Shown: positions 36,421 to 48,650, numbered from the stretch's first letter. The stretch is 64,000 nt of DNA from Camelus ferus (GCF_009834535.1 NC_045696.1:73162001-73226000); one strand, 5' to 3'. Numbers and translations: made by a program. The notes: generated by a model from the letters alone, not told the origin.

Positions 36421-38359
36421 TTAAAGAAATATCTGAGTATAAATATATTTCATGATAACAAATAATTGGATTTGGGGACTAGATAATAAAATTAATTACT
36501 TGTGTCTTAGCAGTCATAATTAATGTGCCAGTACTCAAAAAATATGAACAGGTTTGTGTTGGCATATATTAGTTAATTTATATTTTTAGTATTGATGATA
36601 AGGTTAATAAGTCTGATATTTCATAAGAAATAAGGTCTTCTGACTTATTATTATCAGCTTCACTTTTTAATTATTCTGAATTATGCTAATATAAGTCTAA
36701 GAACTTGAATTTCTACACCAGAAACACGAACAGAGGGTGACATTGCCCTCCAAGGATCAACACCATAGTCAGGACTGAGATAAGAACACCTGTTTGCAAA
36801 GGCAGAGGAGGATAGTGAGGCAAAAGCTTTCTGAAGATATCTTTCGGGGAAGTGGGAATATTTTATGACAGCAACAGAAACAATATTAAATTTAGGATTT
36901 AATCTTTGGACTTAAATATCCAAATCAGTGTCAACAGATACTTAAGTATTAAAAGCTGGATACTTGAATCCTTACTACATGTAAATATAATTTTATTCTT
37001 TAGAAGTTACTCTTTTTTTCCCTGTGATTTGTCCTTTTCCTCTTCCTTCCCCACTACTTTAATGACATGTGATGACAGGTTTTCTGTGTGCACTGTGCCC
37101 TTACAGCTATCATTATATGAACACCTGAACACACTCTTTGGCGATCACTCACGGAAAATAATCTGTTGTTATTTATTGTGGTTTTTAGCAGAATAAAAGT
37201 ACCGTAGTTGGTTGCTAACATCACCACCTTGTGTACAAATATTTTTTTGCATGCAGTTTCCTAATGTCATTAAGCAGTATTGTAATTTCATTATGTAGTA
37301 ATGTAGCACTTCGATTGCAGACAACATTTAAATAATTTTGTAATTCAAAATCTGAAAAAATAAGCTATGGTTTATTTTTAGTCCTTTGCTATTATTTAAG
37401 TAACTAACACTCCTCTGCACTTAAATAAGAGGCAAAAATGCCCTAGAGCCCTCAAGAACTGAGAATTTATCAACCTACTCTCTAAGAAATGGCCAAGGAA
37501 TTCCAAGTAAGAAGGAAAAGAAAGAATTAAACTTCCTGAATATTCATAATAATACCAACAGTGCATGCAGCCAGAGCCTACAGTATCTCATTGGTGAATC
37601 TCTTAATCTTTTTCTCTAAGCATTTTTAGCTCACTCAATAAGCTAATATTAGAAATTATTACTTACCTGAAGGTATCATTTTGGTTTCTTATCCTAGGAT
37701 GAGGAGAACCACTGGATATCAAACTTCTTTTTCAGTGGCTTCTGGCATGTCAGAACCTCACAGCAAGCTTTATAATTTTCAATAGTCCTTGGAGATCAGT
37801 GAAGTTAGGTTGACTGGACTCCATTACTTCTCAAAAGGATATACCTTATAATCTAATGGAGGAGGTAGTAGCTAGAGGGGAAAAGACCAGAATATTTTAT
37901 AAATTCAGTGTAGGTCCCAAAGGAAACAAACATGCTCCCTGTTACTCCCTCTCATAATACAAATTCCAACCTATTTCTAGAAAGAAGCAATTTCACATTT
38001 GGATTTTTGTGTTACTTCTCACATAGTTTCTCAATCTCTCTCTCTGTAAATGAACTTATTTTAAAACTTACTACCTCACATTGTAGCTAAATAAGAACTA
38101 TTATAAGTTGTTGAAAGTAGCATAAAATGTTTCTCTCACTTTTAGAGTTTTTCTGTATGAAGTTTGATTATATGGTGAAACCTTTACAATATTCCTAAGG
38201 ATACAGGGCAAAGCACAGCAATCTGAATTTGCTGTGTGTGTGCACGTGTGCGTGCTTGCGCACGCCTGTCTGTCTGCCTTGACTTTGATAAAGTTGGTTA
38301 TTTTCAAATGGAAGTTCACTTGATAAGTCTAATAAATCTTTGTAAATTAAAAATTATAT

Positions 38360-38920
38360 GTGCAGCAAAAAAAAAAAAAAAAAAAAAAAGAAATGAGCTA
38401 TCAAGCCATGAAAGACATGGAAAAAACTTAAAAGACATACTACTAAATGAAAGAAGCCAGTATGAAAAGGTTACAAACTGTATGATTCCAACCAAATGAC
38501 ATTCTGGAAAAGGCAAAGCTACAGAAACAGTAAAAAGATCATGGTTTCCAGGGGTCTGGGGAGAGGGAGGGAGGGAGGAATGAATAGATGGAGCACAAGG
38601 GATTTTCAGGGCAATGAAATTATTCTGTATGATACTGTGGTGGTGGCTACATGTCATTATGCATTTGTCAAAACCCACAGAATGTACAACAAGAGTGAAC
38701 CCTAATGTAAACTATGGACTTCGGTTGATAATAATGTGCCCAGGTTGGCTCATCGATTGTACCAAATATGCCACACTGATGAGGGATGTTGAGGGTAGGG
38801 GAGTATCTATGTGTGGGTGGGGAGGGCTATGTGTGAACTCTCTGTATTTTCTGCTCAATTCTGCTATAAACCTGAAACTGCTCTAAAAAATAAAGTCTAT
38901 TAATAAAAAAATTTAAAAAA
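38360..38920 (+). mobile_element. L1MC-type 3' end
   Basis: aaatgagctatcaagccatgaaagacatgg...aaaacccacagaatgtacaacaagagtgaaccctaatgtaaactatggact...aaaaataaagtctatt. Confidence 0.88.
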
Positions 38921-39229
38921 AATACATAAATCTTGCTGTATCGACTGGTGATTAGTTTTCTTCTAGTCTTGACCTTAATAGGCTCTTCTAACAAGAGATT
39001 AAGAAAATCTTGAAAAGGTAGGTAGCTTTGACCAAATGAATTTGGAGGTATTTACAATGATAATTACTCTAGTAAATTTAGCAGCAAAAGCACTACAAAG
39101 TAAGGCTAGATTTCAGTTCCTCTTATTAAATTTTATGTCAAGTCTTTTAGCTCTGGTTTCTGACAAATTACACATGGGAGGATTACTAAAAGGAGATGGA
39201 TTTTTCTCAAGATTATTTCTCATTTTTTA

Positions 39230-39460
39230 ATACTATAATTATGTTAATAGTATATTCATAGATTATCTCTTGGTTTCCAAAGTACAAAAGTGATTTCTTT
39301 TGCGTCAACAGCAATACAATGAGGTTGGTAGGAAAGGTACCCAGTTTTGTAGACGAGCAAATGGAAGATCAGAGGCATGACTAGGAAATGCTCCTGAGCA
39401 TATAGATGTTGGTTGTAGAGCCAATAGAGAACTCAGGTTTTGTGATTCTTAGTTCAATGT
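39230..39460 (-). mobile_element. MIR SINE
   Basis: ccagttttgtagacgagcaaatggaagatcagagg...gagccaatagagaactcagg. Confidence 0.6.
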
Positions 39461-40699
39461 TATGTCCTCCACTCTCACGCCACTCTTGTCTTTGGGGACA
39501 AGCATAGCACTCTTTAAATGTAGATATTAGCAGTGAAGGCCATTTTCTACATGTTTTTCCTATGCTTGGTAGAAGTCTATCCATGCAGAGGTCTATGCAG
39601 GAAGGTCACCCTGGTGTCATCCTGTCAAACACAGGTCAGGTTCACCATTTACTTACTCCTATGTTCTTAACTTAGACTCAAACAGATGGTCATTGCGGGG
39701 GGCTGTTTTATTTAGCTCTGGCAACAAACGAATGTGTGCATATTTATATACATGATAAATATGTAAAACTTGTGAGATCTCTAATGATTGATTCAAAAAA
39801 GCATAAAATAATTTTTTTTTGAAATGTACCTAAAAGGAACAAAACTTTACAGACACTTTCTTATGGATTTCATTTTAAAAGACATCCGGCTTCCATCCTA
39901 GTATTATTTATTTAATATACGACAAATATATCAAGTGTCTGATGCTTAAAAGAGGTCAATCACTAATGATATTTAAAGGGAGTAAATGAACTTGCAAAGG
40001 CTTTAGAATATTTGGTGGATGTTTTCTCTTTATGTTGTATCCACTTATGTCAAGCAATGTTACTGAACAGAATAAACTCTAATGTAAAACTGAGATTCAT
40101 GAAACTCGTCACCTTTTTCTATTGGTTAATCATATTTGTAAAAGTGACAATGGAAATGAAAAACAATGTTGCTACATTTTAATAAAGGTGATTTTCTGAG
40201 GCTACAAAAATAGTATGTAGTTTTTTAAAATCCTATTTTAATTTTTTAAATTTACACAGGAGAATAAACAAATACTAGGTGGTGGAAGTTACTTAACAAT
40301 CTCTTACTTCTCCCCGAAGATTCAGAGAATGAAACAGATTTCTATAGGACAAAAATGCAGCTAAATGGCCTCCTTGGCAAATATTTGAAGTTACTTCTAT
40401 GCCTGAGATATTAAGAAAATGTCACTTAAATAAAGATGAAATTGAACAAAGCTATCACTACCTAGAGAAGAGAAGTAAATAGTGGAATTTGATCTAAACT
40501 AACTTTATTTCCTAAACTCAAAACCTTAACAACAAAGCTCTTAACATGAGCAACTTTGTGAACTGAAAGAAGGGGCAGCCTAATTTCCTCCCATGCATCA
40601 AGCCAAAGAAACGAAGGGAGAAAATCATTCTTCTCTGTTGGCCTCCTGTGTAAAATTTCTTTTCTTATCATCCCATCTCGTCATATCTTTCTGCAGTTT

Positions 40700-40835
40700 G
40701 AATTACCCTCTTTTCCTCAGACTGGGTAAGGCAGTGAAAGGATGTTTGTTCTGCTAATTAACTTTATTACCCTGATAACTCCCTGCAGCCTTTGATGAAA
40801 ACAATTACCGTTACTCCTTTTTTCCCCCTACTGGC

Positions 40836-40866
<31 letters not shown>

Positions 40867-41640
40867 AAAAGGGAAAAAAAGACTATTAATTAGAAACGAG
40901 GCCCAGGTCCCTGCCATGTTATCCTGCCACGTTCCCAGGCCCTCGAGCAGGATAGCATTACATTGTCAGTAGTAATTTAGCTCTCATCTGTCTCTGCTAA
41001 TTATTGTCACATTCATCAAATTCATCAACAAAAGTGCTCTCAGAAGGATTGCATATTTGCAGTTAATACAGCATAAACTGGTATTACCCATCACCACATT
41101 TGTGATGATGAGAGGGACACAACTTATTCATCCCTAATTAGAGCAAGCTGGGTAATTAATTATGCATTCCGCCTTATTACTTCTGAGTTCCCAGATATTG
41201 TTTGTCTAAAAAGGGGGAGAAAGCAGGAGAGAGAAGCCTGAAAATGCAAAAAAAAAAAAAAAAAGGGTGATGTGTTTTGTCACATGCGCTATGCCATAAT
41301 TCCCACCTGACAAACTAGCTGAATCAGTGGAAAATTGCGAGTTGTCAGCAGCAGAATAAACTGCTGTAATAGCTGATTAATGATCAGCACCTGTGACAGG
41401 TGCTGTACGGGACTGTAAACTTGGTTTGATTAACAGTCACTGGACGAATAAATATTAGTGACAGTCAGCGGAGAGCAAGTTTGCTTGTTTTCTTCCCTGT
41501 TAACAAATCGCACGCATTAAAGTTATTGATATTTCTGTCTGAGACACTATTTTTTTTGTAGTTATCTGGCAACATTGGCAGTGAGTTATAATAGATTGTG
41601 TTTGTTTCTGTTCTGTAATTTTATTTCAGACCTCAAATTG
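40700..41640. promoter_or_regulatory. Candidate deeply conserved developmental enhancer
   Basis: Dense TAATTA homeodomain sites, PBX-HOX TGATTAAT (41374), MEIS TGACAG (41394, 41459), TCF CTTTGATG (40790), several palindromes and retained CpGs. No recognisable transposon. Confidence 0.55.
40836..40863 (+). repeat. Poly(A) run (A28)
   Basis: Direct reading. Confidence 0.95.
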
Positions 41641-42227
41641 TATTTTGACAAGATGACCTGTAGGGGTTTAAATCTACCAGGTGTGGAAGAAAAGACTGAA
41701 AAAAAAACAGGATTCACACTTGGTTTAATTTATGCTCACCTGCTAGTAATCTGTGTACGAGTGTGTGTACATATACATACAAACATACATACACGTATCC
41801 ATTGTATCCATTTACATGTATGTACAAAAACTATTAAGGAATGTTCATGCTAAAAAAAATACAGACACAAACTTAACAGTGTATGGTGGTCAGTTATTTG
41901 AAATAATTTTTTAGTTGATTTTTTTTTTCAGAGTTGGATATTTTCTCCAGAAACATCGGCAGTCTGAGTTCCCCGAATCCTGTCTCAATCCCAGACTGAA
42001 GGGACCATCTTCCTGAGGCACCTATTCAAAACTGCTGCCAGCTTGGTTGCTTGTACTGAATTGAACAGTTACAGACAGGTTGGTCGGGAGGTGATGAACC
42101 TGTTTGAGCTTACTGATTATTAACCAAGAGTCAAGTTTTGTGCATAGGCAAGCAAAGCATGAATGATGGAAGGAACTCAGTCTTGTCTTTTTTTAGGTCA
42201 TAGTAAAGGAAGCCACTTGATTTCACT

Positions 42228-42500
42228 GTGGTAGTTTTGAATTGTGTATAGAATGGTTACGATTGTGGGTTTTGGAATCCTAAAGACCTGCTTTCAGACT
42301 TTGATCCTGCTCACTAGCTGTGTGAGTTTGGGTAAATTACATAACCTGTCTGATTTTTCAGCTTCTCAATTATGAAATGGGAGCATCATCAAGCTGTACT
42401 ATAGTGTTACTGTGAGGATTAAATGAGATAATGCATGTAGAGCACCCTAGCACAGTGCCTAGAATAGAAAGCACTTAAAAATTAACATTTAGTTATTATG
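42228..42500 (+). mobile_element. MIR SINE, near complete
   Basis: cactagctgtgtgagtttgggtaaattacataacc...tgtgaggattaaatgagataatgcatgta...gcacagtgcct. Confidence 0.85.
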
Positions 42501-43337
42501 AGCATAATTGTTTGAAATCAGAATAGTCAAATTACCTTCAATTTCCATTTCACACGATGAAATGTTTTAAGAACTAATTATCTTTTTTCTTTAACATACT
42601 CCAAAATAATAAGAAAAATTAAAAGAAAAACCTTTCTGCACACTCATCCCTACGTGAAAACTGAGAAAAGGTTAGCGATATCCCTGGGTAGTAGCCATCC
42701 CGAGGTGCTACTCTGGTTTATTCAGATGTTTCTCAGCGGCGCAAAAGGTGGAATTGGTGAGGTGGGTCACACATGAGAATGTCTTCAGAAACTTCTGGGG
42801 TGATGGTATAGACAGATCTGACTAATGTTTGTTTAGCACAACCCCATATTCTGGTAGAATCAAGACAGTAAAAAATCAAGCATGAAAAATAAAAATAAAA
42901 ATAACAACATAAAAGTTAAGTTCATTTTGATAATTTAGTATGTATCTATTTCAATATCAACCACCTAACAGAGAATGAAAGTGCAGAGAGATAGTACAGC
43001 GCAGTCACAGTTTCTGAAACAGTGCTGAGCAGCAATAAAACTACCACATTCCTAGGGCATTAGGGAATGCGTGCTTGTTGGGTCATATTTAATCAATATT
43101 TAAAGTCAACTTATCTAGATAAAAAGACAAAAGTAAAGGAGGTTTATAGGTTTGGTTGTGTTTACACTGATCCTAAGAACCTTCTGGAAGTAGCTTGCAT
43201 GAAGCATCATAATGCTTTTTTTTTAAAAATAGTGTTTTAAATTCATTTTTAAATTTTAAAAAATATGTCATAAAACTTTCAGAAAAATAATGATGTTTAA
43301 TAATAAAATATATCACTTTTTGGGGGAATCGCAAAAG

Positions 43338-43485
43338 CAGTGGTTCTCAACTACCACATACTAGAATAACCTCGGAGAACTTTTTTTTTAATAGAGATGT
43401 CAGGACCTACCACTGGGTAGTCAGGTTCTATTGGTCTTGGGGAGCCCCCTGGGCATTGGTGTGTTTAAAAATTTCCCCAGGTGAG
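43338..43485. mobile_element. MER5B-like MITE
   Basis: cagtggttctcaact...tagaataacct...aaaatttccccaggtga. Confidence 0.7.

Positions 43486-43487
<2 letters not shown>

Positions 43488-43519
<32 letters not shown>
43488..43519. repeat. (CA)n microsatellite
   Basis: Direct reading. Confidence 0.95.
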
Positions 43520-43522
<3 letters not shown>

Positions 43523-44443
43523 CAAACTGAGGATAAATATATAAAATTAGAAATTTATGTAATAAGATTTAATTTAAAAAGTAAAAACTGCTTCACATCA
43601 CAGAACTGTTACTGTGAAATGGATGTCTAGAAGCTTAAGTGCATCACATATGGGAAATTTAAAGTTATCTGCAGTTTCTACTTAAAGAATCATAATGGAA
43701 ATACTTTTTTTCTTCATTAATTCAATCAGAGGGAAAATATCTAATAAGTCAAACAGTAAGAATGATGTTCTGAATTCACCAACTCACTTCATATCACTAA
43801 TTAGAATTGTTGGGTCAGTTGTCTTATCTCATTGGGAAAAAATAAACCCATTGGAGGTGGCCAGACAGTTTCTGTGGCTGACAGGTGAGCTAGATGGTGG
43901 CAGGGCTGGTGGCCTGCTTCCAAGTAGATATACTGCTGACAGAAAATCAGGGGATCAGAATGTTGTTGATATTTGGCACTTATAAATGTGGGTTAAAAAT
44001 CCACGTACTCCATGCCTGCTTCTGTCTGCACTTTGTTACGTGAGCTTTGATCAATGCATGTTGCATATGAGTGTGTGGTTGTAGGAGGATTCATTGATCT
44101 GTCACTTCGTCATTGCTTCTCACAGTCACACAACTCAGGAAACCCCGTGAAGTAAGCTGGAAATTGCCTGTCTGGCTAAAGCTCTGATATTTTAGATAAT
44201 GATACAGTTTCATTAGGGAGGTAGCTCATTCTCGGCTAACTTCTACATCTATATTCCAGAATCCCTGTGTTCTTATAAAGTCTTAATTTAAAATTTTAAC
44301 TATTAAAAGGCAAAAAATAATCCACTTCTGGAAATTCAAAGAGGAAAAGTCTCACTTGGCACATGGGGTTTCGGGGTGGGTCAACAGAGAATGCCTTACA
44401 TCAAAGAATAACTTGATCCTACTGAATTTCCCATGGTCTGGAA

Positions 44444-44767
44444 CAAGGGTGGGCAACAGTAGGATGATTTGGCCTGCAGTTATGTTTGTAAGGCCCCAAG
44501 CTAAGAATGGTTTTTACAGTTTTAAATGGTTTAAAAATTTTTTTTAAAGTATTTTGTGATGTGAAAATTATAGGAAATTCAAATTTCAGTGTCCATAAAT
44601 AAAGCTTTTTTGGAATACAGTTATGCCTATTTGTTTCCATATTGTCTATGGCTGCTTTTGCTCTAAAACAGCAGAGTTTAGTAGTTGCAACAAAGACCCT
44701 AGATCCCACGCATAAACCTAAAATATTTCCAACTTAGTTCCTTCCAGAAGAAGTTTGCTTATCCTTG
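44444..44767. mobile_element. MER58B-like hAT-Charlie MITE
   Basis: TIRs caagggtgggcaa / tttgcttatccttg and internal gctaagaatggtttttaca...tttcagtgtccataaataaag. Confidence 0.85.
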
Positions 44768-44775
44768 CTCTAGAG

Positions 44776-44938
44776 GAGTAGTTCTCAAATTTTAATTTGC
44801 ACACAAATCCAGGCTCTTTAAAATATAGACATTATTCAGTAGGTCTAGAGTGGGGCCTGAGATTTGACTCTGCGTTTCTAATAGGCTCTTGGTGATGCTG
44901 ATGCTTCTGGTTTGAGGACCACACTTTGAGAAACAAGG
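44776..44938. mobile_element. MER5A/B MITE
   Basis: attcagtaggtctagagtggggcctgaga...ggtgatgctgatgct...ggaccacactttgag. TSD CTCTAGAG (44768-44775) / CTCTAGAC (44939-44946). Confidence 0.88.
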
Positions 44939-45288
44939 CTCTAGACTATGACCCTCACCAAACAGGCTTATAAGATTGAAATCAGTCTGATCAGGAGCAG
45001 ATCTTTCAGGAATGGACTCATGTTAACTAAGCTTACAAGATGGATGTTGAAACCTAGAAATTGAATTTGTTAACATGTTAATGAAAAATATGATAGGGAC
45101 TGCTCCAGAATCATTTGTTCCTAAGACATGCCACCTGAGATGCCAAATTAGAGCAGAGGATAAGAATGGATAGGAAACAGTAAAGGACAGTTGTGTGTTT
45201 AGGTCGCTCCAAGACTTCAGACTAAGAGAGATTTGGTAGCTTACTGCTACTGGCAACAGAGTGGTGGTTTTAAAATGTACCTGGAATT

Positions 45289-45845
45289 TGTTTTAATCAG
45301 GTATGGTTAGTGACATGCAGTCACACAGATGTGGACATGACTGTCACAAGGGAAGAAGTTTTATATCCACAGATCCTGAGAAATAGGAGGCACAGCATGT
45401 TATGCAGAGGGCACAGAGGGAGGCACCGGGGTTGGTCAGGAGGCAGAAGGAGCAAGGGGAAAATGTGGGCACGAGTCTTTATTGTGGTTTTCCAGAGCAG
45501 GAATAGGTGAGGCAGGATAAGCAGGTTTAGGATTGGCTAGTTTGAATAATGTCAGCAGCTGGGGGTGGGGAGGGAGTTAGGGACTGTCTCTAATTGTTGG
45601 GTACCCTGTGGAGTGTTAGGGCCGGGCGGATAGTGGTCCAGAGTGAAAGCTAGATAAAGGAGGGAGTTGAGGGTATCGGCTTTGCATGGGGTGGTTTGCA
45701 TACAGAAGTGTAGTCACTTTGGGTGGTTTGCTCTCTCTAGGAATTAGCTGGCCCTGGGAGGGGAAGTCTCCCCCAGTGTCAGTAAGGCTCTAGATATCAA
45801 AATACCAGAAAACAGAGACAATAAAAAGGCACGATGACTAGTACA
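45289..45845 (-). mobile_element. ERVL-type solo LTR (MER74/MER73-like)
   Basis: TG...CA termini. Minus strand gccttactgacactgggggagacttcccctcccagggccagctaattcctagagagagcaaa matches the MER74-group 5' region. Minus-strand AATAAA at 45478-45483. No clear TSD. Confidence 0.75.
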
Positions 45846-46729
45846 GCTGGGTCCTTGGACCAGGGCACCCTTACTTAGGATGGTTATGGGATGGACACTG
45901 CCCATACACACCTCATTGATATTTTTTTCTTTGTTTTCTGTAATTGACCAATGTCCCTTCTAACTGACTTATTTTTCCTTCAGACCTGTTAATTTTTTTA
46001 GGTTACGGAGACATTCTTCTGGTCTGAGGATCCTTCAGCCTCTGGGGATCCAAAGATCCTTGGATTTTGTGGGTTAATTATCAGTTCAACATGGCTCCAA
46101 TTCATCAAGTGCCGATTACCTAGTTTAACTCGGAAGGCAATCTTATTTTGCTCATATCAAGTTGGAGAGGAGCTTTTCTTAACAGTGTTCAATTAGACAA
46201 TAGTATATTTATGATATATGATAACTTAAACTTAATATGACTATTCAAACACTTGTAACACCTTACTTCAGGCCATGGAGCCCTCAGTCTTATCCAGAGG
46301 GTGACAAATTGCTGATGAGTGACATTTAAGTGGTGGATCTGAGTGGGGGGTCATTTTTTATGACACTATGGTCACTAAGAGGATGGAGGTGACATTGTGG
46401 TCATCTATAAGCTTCTGGACATCCTTTCTCCACAGAAACGTCTACAAACCACAGTGAGAGAAAAGTTGTGGCAGATGCCCTTTGCACTATCAGCTGCAAT
46501 GTCTGTAGCCTGATTTTAAGTGATCTTTCTGGGAGTTCCACCTCACCCACTCTAGACAAAGAGAATTGCTTATAACTGCAGTAACTTCATCCCACCTCAT
46601 TTACATCATACAGTAATTCCCTAGCCTTGGTTCACTGTTTATTATTATCTTGTGAAATTATGCCACAGCATTTTACAGGAGTTCCCTGCAAATTTCACTT
46701 TAGGTATGCCGTAACTCTAAAATCACGAG

Positions 46730-46880
46730 GAGCAGCGTTGAAAGAGAACTGGATCTGTGTCCTTGTACTAATTAGTGTGTGACCGTGACTGAATCACTGT
46801 TCTTTGGCCATCAGTTTCCTCATCGAAATTATAGAAAAATTTTGGACTACATGATATTCATGGACCTTTCTAGTTTTAAA
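46730..46880 (+). mobile_element. MIR3/MIRc SINE
   Basis: actaattagtgtgtgacc...catcagtttcctcatc...ttggactacatgat. Confidence 0.65.
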
Positions 46881-48039
46881 ACACCAAGCACAACTGAAAT
46901 GTTTTATGTAAGATACATAAAAATGGGGTTCATTTCTTTATTGTCCCATTCCTGGGATGTGACACATGTTACTCTGGACCTCCGCTGAGCTTTCACTTTT
47001 GTTTCTTGGTGCTCTTGTTACTTGTTTAAAAGTCTGTTCCAATCTTCTTCATCAAAAAGGAAAAAAAGCTATAAATTTTGGGGGTTAGATATCTTGTTCA
47101 ACCTTGTATCCTCCAGAATTTTGTATAAAGGGGCCATCTGATAGATGTTGGTTGAATTACATTAGTGTGGGACTGCCCCTGAAGCAAATGCTTTTGGGCT
47201 AGCAGATTATTAAAAGTTTGAGAAGTTGTGGCCCTGAAAAATAAGGCAGGACTTTGACAAGCTAGTTGACTGGATGTGTGGCAGTTCCTGGTATCATACT
47301 ACAGTGACTACATTTATCAAATTATTTTATATTTCCCTGGAACATTGAAAGAGTAGCATGATTTTACATTTCTTAATGGTTCATTATAATTCTGGTGATT
47401 AAAGTAACTTCGGATAGTTCTGTAATTAAGTTCTATCTAAATCCTGCGAGGATCAAGAAAATTTTTTGCATTGAGACCGGGAATTTCTACATTATTCCAG
47501 GCTTGAGAAAGGAAGACAGTCCATTTAGAATAATGTCAGTGTCATACCTACACATGTTCTGTTGGATTTAAGAAAAAAATTCAAGAAATATATTTTCTTC
47601 TCTTAATGCATTTCCATTTCTGTGTAGTGTTTTTCATCAGAAACTAAAATGTAGCAGTGGGTGAGGATGGGGGGAGAGCCAAATATAGAATTGGTGCCAA
47701 CATATGCAAAAATGCCATGCAAATCTTTGGCCCAGAAATAAAAGCTTACCAAAATACACACACACAGTTGTTGGACTCTTGAACAGATACACAGCCGTCT
47801 GTATAGACAACAGTGCTGTTGGCCAAGAGTCCCGGAGGCAAGCCAACCTCCCATCCAGATGCTACTGCCAGTGAGGAACCGTTTGGCATCTAGTCTCTGG
47901 CTGCCAACCTTCCTTCCCACTCTCTGGCATGGCTTTTTACAGGGGCTGCTCAAGTAAATTAAGACTCCGAAGAGCTCTGTATTGATATACTGCAACAGTG
48001 CCATGCCGCAGGAGCCTTTATGCTATTTGAATTCTTTCT

Positions 48040-48430
48040 TTAAAAAATCTGAAGTAGAGTTAACTTATAATATTATGTTAGTTTCAGGTACATAACACAG
48101 TGATTCATTATTTACATAGATTATGTTCCATACAAAGTTATTCCAATGTTATTAACTATATTCTAATATTATTAATAGTGCTGTACATCACATCCCTGTG
48201 ACTTCTTTACTTTATAACAGGTAGTTTGTACCTTTTAATTCCCTTCACTCCCCTCCACTCTGGCAACCACTAGTAGTTTGTTCTCTGTATCTGTGAGTCT
48301 GTTGTTATATTTGTTAGTTTGTTTAGTTTTTTAGATTTCACATCTAAGTGAAAACATACAGTGTTTGTCTTTCTCGGTCTGACTTACTTCACTTAGCATA
48401 ATACCCTCCAGGTCCATCCATGTTGTTGCT
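48040..48430 (-). mobile_element. L1 3' end
   Basis: gaagtagagttaacttataatattatg...tctggcaaccactag...ctgacttacttcacttagcataataccctccaggtccatccatgttg. Confidence 0.9.
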
Positions 48431-48607
48431 TTTATCCCCCTTTTTAAAAAGTGTCAAAGAAGCCTGACTTCCAAGCATTTTCCTACAGATAAATGAAATT
48501 ACTTTGAAAATTGAGAATGATATATTTTGATTTCTATATGGAGTCAACTTTCCTCAATCCAAAAATACCTTTAGACTTTTTAACATGCAAGCAGTTTGAA
48601 ACATACA

Positions 48608-48610
<3 letters not shown>

Positions 48611-48641
<31 letters not shown>
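48611..48641 (+). repeat. Poly(A) run (A31)
   Basis: Direct reading. Confidence 0.95.

Positions 48642-48650
<9 letters not shown>

Noticed and set aside
38236..38886. Overlapping ORFs on both strands
   Set aside because: They lie in an L1MC-type 3' end and a poly(A) run.
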